Positions 1 to 7,163 of a stretch of 64,000 nucleotides of DNA are shown one piece after another (position 1 is the first letter of the stretch; the number at the start of each line of letters is the position of its first letter). Origin of the DNA: a virus. Made by a program: the position numbers and the translations under genes. Location of the stretch: the IMG/VR virus record IMGVR_UViG_3300045996_002184. One strand, given 5' to 3'. Below the pieces are notes generated by a model. The model saw nothing but the letters and a program-made list of their open reading frames with translations. It was not told where the DNA came from and made no database searches.

Positions 1-405
1 TACCAAGAAGATTGGTAATTACGAAGTGACCGAAATTTCCTCACTATTAATGAGTTTACGGATTTAACGCTTATTACCATTCTGGTCCCGGATAACGATT
101 TCTCGTACACCGGGACAATCTGCTTACTACCCGTTCCACCACTTTCATGGTTATAACTTGGTGCAGACGGAATGATTCACTCGTATCATTCTTCCGGACG
201 GATCTATAGACTCCAGAGCGATGAGACATCCTCTACTATTGTCCTCGTTGATTTTTCACAACTAAGTGGGCCCTTGTCCAGCTTTCCTGACGCCGGATTC
301 CTTGGTCCTGGATAGTGATCACTCACACACCAGGATCGATCTACCCTATGGTATTGCAACCACTTAACTTGGCCTGGGTATGCCCGCCGATTGAATACGG
401 CTTTA
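1..405 (-). ncRNA. Candidate large structured non-coding RNA (probably truncated by the window edge)
   Basis: No ORF of 60 aa or more. Many helices, e.g. 85-91/110-116 with an inner CGA-GAAA-UCG hairpin, 138-151 ACCAU-GAAA-GUGGU, 306-311/330-335 with GUGA-GUGA-UCAC, 13-19/73-79, 168-176/185-196. GNRA loops read on the minus strand, co-oriented with the upstream operon. Confidence 0.5.
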
Positions 406-410
406 ATAGA

Positions 411-1214
411 TCAGTTCATTTTCTGGTTGACTACCACTTCATCTGAAGCTTCGTCTCCCCAGGCTGTAACAATGCAGTAAAGTTCGACCCCTTTATATTG
501 CACCGGGGCCAACACAACAGGATCGGGAACTTCTCTAACGAGCATCTGATTCTTTACCTTGTACCCAACCTGTTCCATATCTTTCAATGGAGCTGCGATC
601 TGCAGCGTTACTCTGTCCTTGTGAATCTCGTTACTATGAAATCGTATTTGATAATGATCAGCAGAAGCTTCGGCAGCAGCAGCAGATTTTGCTGATTCCT
701 GTCGATCGTATTCATCTTTACTACACTCTCTGGAATTGGACCTACCGAAATCACCGCTAATATATTTTGTGTATCTGGTATTGAGTTCGTTTTCGTCCTG
801 AAAGAACTTATCGATCTCAGTCAGGTTCTTAACGGGTACGAATCCCTTGTACTGACTAACACCACCGATCACAAGATCATACTTGTGACAGATTCCAAGC
901 GCAGCCTCCGGAGTAATGAACTTGTAGCCAGGATACCTGGTACCGAAGTATTCAAGCGCTTCGGTAAGTTGCTGGAGTTCCAGTTTCTTGTTATGCGCGG
1001 TATCAGCCTGCTTCACTTCGGACGCATTTCCAAACCCATACTTTTTCAGGGCATGGATCTTGTTCTCGTTGATGACAATAGCTTCGGCAATGATCTCCCT
1101 GGCCTCTTTTACCAGGCGTTCACCGGTACTGTTAAACAGGTTATGGATCTCTTCCACCACTGCCGGGTACCCGGCATCTTTTGATACCGGTCTTTTCTTG
1201 AAGATGTTCAGCAT
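411..1214 (-). CDS. Hypothetical phage protein
   Basis: Long ORF. Start moved to MLNIFKK (1214), which follows an A-rich Bacteroidota-type leader; the upstream 12 codons run into the 1242-1355 RNA element. Confidence 0.75.
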   Translation of the reverse strand: MLNIFKKRPVSKDAGYPAVVEEIHNLFNSTGERLVKEAREIIAEAIVINENKIHALKKYGFGNASEVKQADTAHNKKLELQQLTEALEYFGTRYPGYKFITPEAALGICHKYDLVIGGVSQYKGFVPVKNLTEIDKFFQDENELNTRYTKYISGDFGRSNSRECSKDEYDRQESAKSAAAAEASADHYQIRFHSNEIHKDRVTLQIAAPLKDMEQVGYKVKNQMLVREVPDPVVLAPVQYKGVELYCIVTAWGDEASDEVVVNQKMN

Positions 1215-1241
1215 GACTATTGGGTTTTGTTGAGTTAAAGA

Positions 1242-1355
1242 TAAGCACACCTGACATTTATTATCCCTGCCCGATATTGAACGCTCAACCCGATGTTGAT
1301 CAAAGTGTTTTGCGTTTGTCGTTGACCGTCGGGCCTAGCGCGGTTGGTGTGCTTA
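1242..1355 (-). promoter_or_regulatory. Multi-branched RNA element in the 5' leader of 411-1214
   Basis: 10-bp closing stem TAAGCACACC/GGTGTGCTTA (1242-1251/1346-1355) with internal helices GCCCGA/TCGGGC, AACGC/GCGTT and TCAAC/GTTGA. Confidence 0.45.
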
Positions 1356-1361
1356 AAGTGG

Positions 1362-1817
1362 TTATTGCGGCAAACTCTTCATAACCTTGGCCATCTTGTC
1401 GATGAACATGGCTTGTTTGTCTTCCAGGCTCAGGAATTGCTCGGCCTCCTTCTGGAGTTCCAGCAGCGTCTCTTGAGTTTCCTTCTGCTCGATGATTGCT
1501 TTGCGCAGTTTGATGTCGTCAGTCCAATCCTCCAGCTTGAACCCGTTGTGGGTGAATACTGGATATTCCTGGATATCCAACGCGGTAGCCGCGTCATTGT
1601 AATCGTCATGCTTACGTTTGATCAGCGCATAGGCACGAAGCAGGTTTTCGATCTTGGTCTCCTGGTCTAGGTTCGTAAAGTTGTTACCGATGTTACATGA
1701 CGTCTTGTAGGCGCTATCGGTGATCTTCTTGAGCCGAGCCAGTTTATCCTTAATCGCTTTAAGGATTTCGGGTACTTGTGATGTTGGCGCTATGGCCGTG
1801 TTCTGTGATTTTGACAT
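1362..1817 (-). CDS. Hypothetical alpha-helical/coiled-coil protein
   Basis: 151-aa ORF co-oriented with its neighbours; K/E/L-rich helical composition. Confidence 0.75.
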   Translation of the reverse strand: MSKSQNTAIAPTSQVPEILKAIKDKLARLKKITDSAYKTSCNIGNNFTNLDQETKIENLLRAYALIKRKHDDYNDAATALDIQEYPVFTHNGFKLEDWTDDIKLRKAIIEQKETQETLLELQKEAEQFLSLEDKQAMFIDKMAKVMKSLPQ

Positions 1818-1827
1818 TTGCTTGGTT

Positions 1828-2130
1828 TTAGTAAGGTTGATAATTGTCGTTTACTATCGTGTTGGTAAGGAAATAAGAGGCATCGATAATCTTGTGGCCT
1901 GAGCCTACGTAAAAATGCTCTGGAGCATATCTTATTGTGTTAGGATAATATCCCAAGCTGTAACAGGTCTGTGATCCATACGTTTCCCAGTGATCCTCAG
2001 AAGTAGTGAGCTTATTTGTTGGGGATAATGACCTTAATAAATTACTAAGATCATTTGCTTCCTCCTGAGTATAACAATGAATTACAGTCTTGGTACCCAA
2101 CAACGATGTTAGTTTTTCAATACGGTTCAT
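1828..2130 (-). CDS. Small hypothetical protein with C-terminal tag VNDNYQPY (array gene 5)
   Basis: Start MNRIEK overlaps the stop of the upstream gene by 14 nt; TVIHCYTQEEA motif typical of small phage proteins. Confidence 0.75.
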   Translation of the reverse strand: MNRIEKLTSLLGTKTVIHCYTQEEANDLSNLLRSLSPTNKLTTSEDHWETYGSQTCYSLGYYPNTIRYAPEHFYVGSGHKIIDASYFLTNTIVNDNYQPY

Positions 2131-2434
2131 ATTCATCGTTTACTGGTGAGAAATTGGGTTTGAACGGTGTGTACTTTCTGTTCTGTAAACACCCATCCAG
2201 CCACACTCGTTCTCCGGGTGTTGTTTCGTAGACTTCTTTAATCCTATGTGTTAAGGTAAAAACACCGGAAGAGTATGTATTACCTGTGTCATTGTGACCG
2301 TAGAATTTAACTACTGATCCAAGATCATGGACTTTATCATCATGTATTTCATCGAAGATAATCCACCAGGTATTATCGTCATCCGTAATACTTATACGGT
2401 ACCATTGACCGCGGATCATTTCAGTAGGGTTCAT
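2117..2434 (-). CDS. Small hypothetical protein with C-terminal tag SPVNDEYEPY (array gene 4)
   Basis: Start MNPTEM by analogy with the other junctions; beta-rich N-terminus followed by ETTPGERVWLDGC helix. Confidence 0.75.
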   Translation of the reverse strand: MNPTEMIRGQWYRISITDDDNTWWIIFDEIHDDKVHDLGSVVKFYGHNDTGNTYSSGVFTLTHRIKEVYETTPGERVWLDGCLQNRKYTPFKPNFSPVNDEYEPY

Positions 2435-2765
2435 ACTCGTCATTTACAGGTGAGGAGATATCGTTGAAATCCACAAAAGAGTAAGGGTTAACATGTATGG
2501 GACATGGTACCGTATCATTAGCACGGATACACTCATTAAGCCATGCCTCTTCCATACAGGTAGCCGGTCTAAAACTGACGTGGTTCCCAGAACAACAATG
2601 TCCCACATTGAAAATACGCGGATTACCAGTAGAAATGAATGGAGTATTTTCACTTCCCGCTAAGTTGTTAATGTATTTGAATATGACCTCCATTTGCTTT
2701 CCGTGCCATTCCCAATAACCCACGTACACTCTCCCCGGTACCATGTCTTTTTCAGTAAGGTTCAT
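2421..2765 (-). CDS. Small hypothetical protein with C-terminal tag SPVNDEYEPY (array gene 3)
   Basis: 114-aa ORF; RPATCMEEAWLNECI motif similar to genes 2 and 4. Confidence 0.75.
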   Translation of the reverse strand: MNLTEKDMVPGRVYVGYWEWHGKQMEVIFKYINNLAGSENTPFISTGNPRIFNVGHCCSGNHVSFRPATCMEEAWLNECIRANDTVPCPIHVNPYSFVDFNDISSPVNDEYEPY

Positions 2766-3087
2766 AAGTATCGTTTATGGGTGAATTAATAGGTTGCAGT
2801 GCAGGGACAGGACCGTCAATCAAGTCATAAGCCAGGATCTCTTCGTTAGTAGCCTTACGGAGTTTCAGTTTGTTATTACAATCCTTAGAATCTTTAGTGC
2901 TCCAACCGTTACTGCTACTGCCACGAATATCCTTATGAATTCGGAAACAAAAAGTACTGCTGTCCTCTCTGAGTTTGTACACATGGTTAGCCGGGATAGT
3001 TTCCCAAAAATCGGTACCAGTACATGCTTGTAATAACACCACGTAGGTACCTGCCGGGAAATAATTCGGATCGTTAGTATGGTTCAT
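2752..3087 (-). CDS. Small hypothetical protein with C-terminal tag SPINDTYEPY (array gene 2)
   Basis: 111-aa ORF; LRKATNEEILAY motif. Confidence 0.75.
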   Translation of the reverse strand: MNHTNDPNYFPAGTYVVLLQACTGTDFWETIPANHVYKLREDSSTFCFRIHKDIRGSSSNGWSTKDSKDCNNKLKLRKATNEEILAYDLIDGPVPALQPINSPINDTYEPY

Positions 3088-3565
3088 ACGTGTCGTTTAT
3101 TAGGTTAGGTAATACAGCGGTATCAGGTCTGGTGGCTATTATCAGGTACTCTCCAGTGCGTAATACTTCATTCACTCTTTTCACCGTGAAATTTTGTGTG
3201 AAAAAAGAAGAACTTCGAAGAGTAACCCACTCCATGTGATCAGGAGAATTTGTTATGGGGTAATCTATTTTGAAGATTGTACTGGTTAGTTTGTTTTGTA
3301 TCTGCAGACCAATGAGTTGTCCTCGGGTAAAATCAGGCCACCTGATCTCGAATACAGGTGATACCGATTGCCACTTGCCAGAGTTGAGTCTGTTGAGGAT
3401 GTAACCTAAAGTACAGTTATCGTAGTACACCTCCTTACTCATGGCAGCACGGTACGCATTCGTAACCTGTCCATTGACCGGATTGATCTTGGTGATCGTA
3501 TACACGGTTGAGCCTCCGCGAGTAAACTGGAAGCCTTCTTTGATGTGTTCAGCTGAGTAATTCAT
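3074..3565 (-). CDS. Hypothetical protein, two tandem small beta-domains, C-terminal tag INDTYEPY (array gene 1)
   Basis: 163-aa ORF preceded by an AACCTTAAAC leader; the two halves share a YTITKI/IFKID...LNSGKW/LRTGEY pattern. Confidence 0.75.
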   Translation of the reverse strand: MNYSAEHIKEGFQFTRGGSTVYTITKINPVNGQVTNAYRAAMSKEVYYDNCTLGYILNRLNSGKWQSVSPVFEIRWPDFTRGQLIGLQIQNKLTSTIFKIDYPITNSPDHMEWVTLRSSSFFTQNFTVKRVNEVLRTGEYLIIATRPDTAVLPNLINDTYEPY

Positions 3566-3576
3566 GAGTTTAAGGT

Positions 3577-3861
3577 TTAGAGGGTGACTAATTTGAGTGC
3601 CAGGAAACGTATAGATTCCATGATCGCCTCGTTGTACTTGCCTTTGGGACAGTCTCCTTTTTCAAGACCATAGACATAAAGCAAACCAACTGATACACCC
3701 AAGACCTCTGCTATTATTTTCAGATTATCCGGGTGAGGCATTGACTGGTTGCTTTCTATGAGACTGATACCGGCCTGAGTCAAACCTACAGAAGACGCCA
3801 GTTCGTCCTGGGTCATGCCCACTGCTCTACGGACATCTTTGATTGCTTTTCCAAGGTTCAT
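3577..3861 (-). CDS. XRE/Cro-C1-type helix-turn-helix transcriptional regulator
   Basis: IKDVRRAVGMTQDELASSVGLTQAGISLIESNQSMP...LKIIAEVLGVSV is a canonical HTH_3 pattern. Confidence 0.9.
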   Translation of the reverse strand: MNLGKAIKDVRRAVGMTQDELASSVGLTQAGISLIESNQSMPHPDNLKIIAEVLGVSVGLLYVYGLEKGDCPKGKYNEAIMESIRFLALKLVTL

Positions 3862-3907
3862 ATAAATGGGTTTAAAGGTTAAGGTAAAAATTTGCCCCTA
3901 CGCACTC

Positions 3908-4146
3908 AGTTGTAATAGCCAATGTTTATTACAGCCCTCAGAGCTGTTGATTGGTTGTTTACCAGTCTATAATCACCAGACTGCACTATTACAACTGCTC
4001 ACCCTTGGGAGCTGATTAATTAGGACAGTATGTTTTATGTCCCTACCACATTATTAAGTGAATGTTACTACATAGCTGTAGTTTTATTAATCAGGTAGTT
4101 TCACATCTTAGTCTTTCTGTAAAGGTTATATTTCAAACCACCTAAG
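3908..4146 (-). other. Three tandem multi-branched stem-closed RNA/DNA structures
   Basis: CAGTTGTAATAG/CTATTACAACTG (3908-3997, 12 bp), CTGATTAAT/ATTAATCAG (4012-4094) and TCTTAG/CTAAGA (4107-4146), each enclosing 2-3 hairpins. Confidence 0.5.
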
Positions 4147-4177
4147 ACGTCTCTATTTCTACGTGAGTTGTGGTGCG

Positions 4178-4447
4178 TTAACAAGGATTTTTAGAACTGT
4201 AGCGACCACCGTTACTGTCTACACAGCGCATAGCCTCCTGTTCAGTTATTACGTGATCCTTTCTCCACCTGGTAGATGAGAGACTGGAACGACTGTTGGG
4301 TCCGTAGCTGTAAACGATATTGGTAAACTCACCAACACCGACAGATACGTGGCCATGACCAAAGGACTTACGGTAGCATTTGAGACCCAACTCGGGGTTG
4401 CCATCCCAATCTATGAATGTCCAGTCCGGGTATATTGTCTTATCCAT
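4178..4447 (-). CDS. Hypothetical protein
   Basis: 89-aa ORF with an AACCTTTGAATC leader. Confidence 0.65.
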   Translation of the reverse strand: MDKTIYPDWTFIDWDGNPELGLKCYRKSFGHGHVSVGVGEFTNIVYSYGPNSRSSLSSTRWRKDHVITEQEAMRCVDSNGGRYSSKNPC

Positions 4448-4502
4448 GATTCAAAGGTTTAAAGGTAATAGAAGCGTGACAGAGAAAACAACCCAGGTAA
4501 CA

Positions 4503-4649
4503 CATACCACCAGTCTAAGTAGTCAATAGTTGGTATGATACCGGTGAACGTGTAGTACTCAGTATCCCATCACCCCGTACAGATGTAGCAAACAGGGCCA
4601 GTGAGAGCCAGGTCAGGTACGGTTGTAACGGAAGTGAGTGGGATACTGA
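4503..4649 (-). other. Structured intergenic elements
   Basis: CATACCA/TGGTATG (4503-4536); TCAGTATCCCA/TGGGATACTGA (4559-4649, 11 bp) with nested CCGTAC/GTACGG. Confidence 0.45.
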
Positions 4650-4847
4650 AGCGCCACATGTTTGTATGAGAAAGGGGATTGAGGGATATAGTGAAGGGAA
4701 AATGGGTGTGAGAATGGGGAGTGAGGGTCCTGGCTCGCGCGAAGCGCGTCTCACATCTCAGTTCCAGTAGTTTCCCAGCTAATTGTACTGATTTGGTACG
4801 AAATCCAGCTATTTTAGCTGAAAAAGTTCGAAATCCGGCCGATTTGG

Positions 4848-5303
4848 CTATTTACCACTCTCCAACAGCGGCGTTGTGAAGTTGTTTCCCATCACCAGTA
4901 TGGTTACATTCACCCAGTATAACTCCTTCTTTCCCTTTACCTTACTGATGATTCTCTTCATCATGAGATCCAGCAATGCCTTATAGAATGTGGGTTTGGA
5001 TATGCCCACCTCCCTGGCTGTGAGTTGTATCATGGTAGCATCGAAATCAAGATGTAAGGCCATGTATACGAATACCTTGCAAGCGGCTGGCGATAGGTCA
5101 GCCAGCTTGTCCTTGTTCTGGTACATCTTGGTGAACATGCCTGATGAGTAGTTGTGCTCAATGGTGATGCGCGTACGCTGCTCGATTACCACTGACCTGC
5201 TTACTTCCCTCACCCGGTTATGCGCCCTTATTACGTCTTCGGTGAATGGATAATCCTCTGGCAATTGTGCCTTCATTGGAAGGAGCTTAGGGTTCACGTT
5301 CAT
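4848..5303 (-). CDS. RepL-like winged-HTH replication/maintenance protein
   Basis: LSPAACKVFVYMALHL...TAREVGISKPTFYKALLDLMMKRIISK...LYWVN pattern; RepL-like genes are known in crAss-like phages. Confidence 0.6.
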   Translation of the reverse strand: MNVNPKLLPMKAQLPEDYPFTEDVIRAHNRVREVSRSVVIEQRTRITIEHNYSSGMFTKMYQNKDKLADLSPAACKVFVYMALHLDFDATMIQLTAREVGISKPTFYKALLDLMMKRIISKVKGKKELYWVNVTILVMGNNFTTPLLESGK

Positions 5304-5581
5304 ACTCTGAAAGTAAATAAATTTGGTCTTTGGGCCAAATTTTAGGCCCTGAAAGTAAAAAATCTTTACCGCTAACCCTCACAACGAGCTGATAACCAAC
5401 ACCCCTCTATCTTAAGATAAGGGCGAACCGAGCCAACCACCTGACGCGGAGAGCTGGTGAGAGGCGCTGACCACCTGCCGGGGAGAGCCGACCCTTGTGG
5501 ACACCGGTATCAGAAGAGGAGCCGGCTCGTATAGGTTGCCAGGATCTCCCACTTCTGTTGGTACCGATGTGTTGTGGCTGA

Positions 5582-5710
5582 TCAGTTCAGCCTGTACTTG
5601 CCTGTGTAGCATCCCTTGTATGGTTTGCTGCTGCAAGGATTGTACGTCGTGCTACATGCGGTCATCGCAAGAGCGATAACGACGACGATAAGGATCAGGG
5701 ATCGTTTCAT
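5582..5710 (-). CDS. Small predicted lipoprotein (42 aa; not in the ORF track)
   Basis: MKRSLILIVVVIALAMTA-CSTTYNPCSSKPYKGCYTGKYRLN: basic N-terminus, hydrophobic core, lipobox Cys. Confidence 0.6.
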   Translation of the reverse strand: MKRSLILIVVVIALAMTACSTTYNPCSSKPYKGCYTGKYRLN

Positions 5711-5736
5711 GAGTGTATATTGAGTGGTTAGGAATA

Positions 5737-5769
5737 GCAAGAAAATCTCCCCGACTAATCAGGGAGATT
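5737..5769 (-). terminator. Intrinsic terminator after 5779-6375
   Basis: AATCTCCC/GGGAGATT stem (5744-5769) followed by TTTTCTT on the minus strand. Confidence 0.6.
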
Positions 5770-5778
5770 GTTGTGACG

Positions 5779-6375
5779 TTACGCGTCAACCTTAGCAGCA
5801 TCAGCCTCAGCTGGTACTTCTGCAGTTTCATCGTCCCCGAACACGCCTGTGAGTTCTTCGAGTGAGAACTCCGCTTTCTTAACCTCTTCAGGTTGTGCGA
5901 TAGCGATGGTCTTGGGATCGAGTGACAGCAGCGAGCCTTTCTCGGTTGTGATCTGCTCAACTGTTCCGATGATCTCGGTGTTGGCTGTGATCTGTTCTGC
6001 GACGGCGCTGGGAAGCAGCACACCTACGGAAACCTGCGTTTTGTTCAGGTAATCGTTGAAAAGCTCGGAAGCTTTTTCGGTGTCTCCCGCTTTCTCAGCG
6101 GCAAGGGCGTCTACCAGGATCTGGCGCGTACGAGGATTCTTCATCGCAACCTCTGAGTTCGCGCGAAGATTGAAGATCTTCTTGCGGAGCACTGTACCAG
6201 GCTCTGATACTGATTGTACCAGTTCGCCTGCAGCATCGGTTACGTCTATGACGTTTCCGTTGCCCTGCACCAGTAATCTGATCCTCTTGCCAACGTGTGA
6301 CAATGTGACCAATGCTCTTTGTTTCATGATTGCGATGACACCTTGTTGTGTCATTGTGCGAGTGTTCTGTGACAT
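5779..6375 (-). CDS. Hypothetical protein with acidic tail (possible nucleic-acid-binding protein)
   Basis: Start moved to MSQNTR after the A-rich leader TCATAAAAACTCAAACAGA; beta-rich body and acidic C-terminus. Confidence 0.7.
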   Translation of the reverse strand: MSQNTRTMTQQGVIAIMKQRALVTLSHVGKRIRLLVQGNGNVIDVTDAAGELVQSVSEPGTVLRKKIFNLRANSEVAMKNPRTRQILVDALAAEKAGDTEKASELFNDYLNKTQVSVGVLLPSAVAEQITANTEIIGTVEQITTEKGSLLSLDPKTIAIAQPEEVKKAEFSLEELTGVFGDDETAEVPAEADAAKVDA

Positions 6376-6440
6376 TCTGTTTGAGTTTTTATGAGTTGCA
6401 ACCAAAATAGTTCCAGCACATTTCGAGTACTGCTCGAACA

Positions 6441-6597
6441 AGTGCCGGGTGTTTCGATTGCAAAACTTAGCCGGGGACTATCGTGGGAAGTGGTCACACA
6501 TCTCCGCAACTCACACAAAAATTTTTGATATATAAAAATTTTTCTACCTTCATTCCGCAGTAATGTCGCTGCATAACCAATTAAACAATTAAGCAAA
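6441..6597. promoter_or_regulatory. Divergent strand-switch region with AAAAATTTTT-GATATAT-AAAAATTTTT
   Basis: All real genes to the left are minus-strand and to the right plus-strand; two 10-bp palindromes at 6517-6526 and 6534-6543. Confidence 0.5.
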
Positions 6598-6822
6598 ATG
6601 ACAATCCTCGCAAAGTTCAAGGTCGGCTCAGTGACTGACTTTGGAAACAACAATCACGACGTAGCCATGTCTCCGGTTACAAGCGGTAGTGAAGAAAACA
6701 AATCCTTTAGTAAATGGACTCCCTCGGGTAAGATCGAGATGCACATCACTAATCCTGAGTGTATCGGGTTTTTCCAGGCAGGAGAGGAGTACTATGTAGA
6801 ATTCAGGAAAGCTGAGAAGTAA
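6598..6822 (+). CDS. Small conserved phage protein
   Basis: AKFKV...SEENKSFSKWTPSGKIEMHITNP...EEYYVEF resembles a widespread small phage family of unknown function. Confidence 0.75.
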   Translation: MTILAKFKVGSVTDFGNNNHDVAMSPVTSGSEENKSFSKWTPSGKIEMHITNPECIGFFQAGEEYYVEFRKAEK

Positions 6823-6831
6823 TCCTACCTT

Positions 6832-6909
6832 GAGAGATCACTTCTAAGGCTGCAATGGGATTCTAGGTCTCTTGCAGAGGAGAGAAATGAAGTGATCTCT
6901 CTCTTTTTT
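6832..6909 (+). terminator. Branched hairpin with 13-bp closing stem and T-tract
   Basis: GAGAGATCACTTC/GAAGTGATCTCTC (6832-6844/6889-6901), inner CTGCAA/TTGCAG, followed by a T-run. Confidence 0.5.
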
Positions 6910-6921
6910 TAAAACTACACT

Positions 6922-7128
6922 ATGACTTTCCAGGAAACAGCAATGCGGGTGATGGCTGAAGAGCTGAGACTCTATCATGAGTACGTGTGGGCCTCTGATC
7001 ACTGGTGGATGTTGGTTGCTCTCCGGGTAGTGGATACCGAAGAACTGAGAGAAGCCCTGCAGCTTCACAAAGATTCCCACGTAAGAAACATGATCCAGTT
7101 CAGGGAGATGTTTGCTTCACATAATTAA
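6922..7128 (+). CDS. Hypothetical protein
   Basis: 68-aa ORF with an A-rich leader. Confidence 0.55.
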   Translation: MTFQETAMRVMAEELRLYHEYVWASDHWWMLVALRVVDTEELREALQLHKDSHVRNMIQFREMFASHN

Positions 7129-7163
7129 GATGCAGCCTTGTGTGATACCGGTGTGATCGACCG

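Larger units (their letters stand above)
1828..3100 (-). repeat. Five copies of a gene-end motif encoding (SP)(V/I)ND(E/T/N)Y(E/Q)PY-stop
   Basis: Copies at 1828-1854, 2117-2149, 2421-2453, 2752-2784 and 3074-3100; four of them contain the ATG of the next gene (TATGAACCNTAYTRA). Confidence 0.9.

Noticed and set aside
120-180. tRNA-like fragments on the minus strand (GTGGTGGAACGGGTAG; CCGTCTGCACCA)
   Set aside because: The pieces are in the wrong order, with no TTCG T-loop, anticodon arm or matching acceptor stem.
1-405. Group I/II intron or RNase P RNA
   Set aside because: No recognisable P7 (R/S) elements, domain V or GAGGAAAGUCC, and no interrupted gene is visible.
1828-3100. CRISPR-like array formed by the junction repeats
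   Set aside because: The repeats are degenerate at synonymous positions, the 'spacers' are whole 300-490-nt genes, and there are no cas genes.
5412-5679. Track ORFs 5412-5636, 5497-5679 and 5652-6023
   Set aside because: No convincing leaders or motifs; the 42-aa lipoprotein frame (5582-5710) and the real 5779-6375 gene explain the region better.
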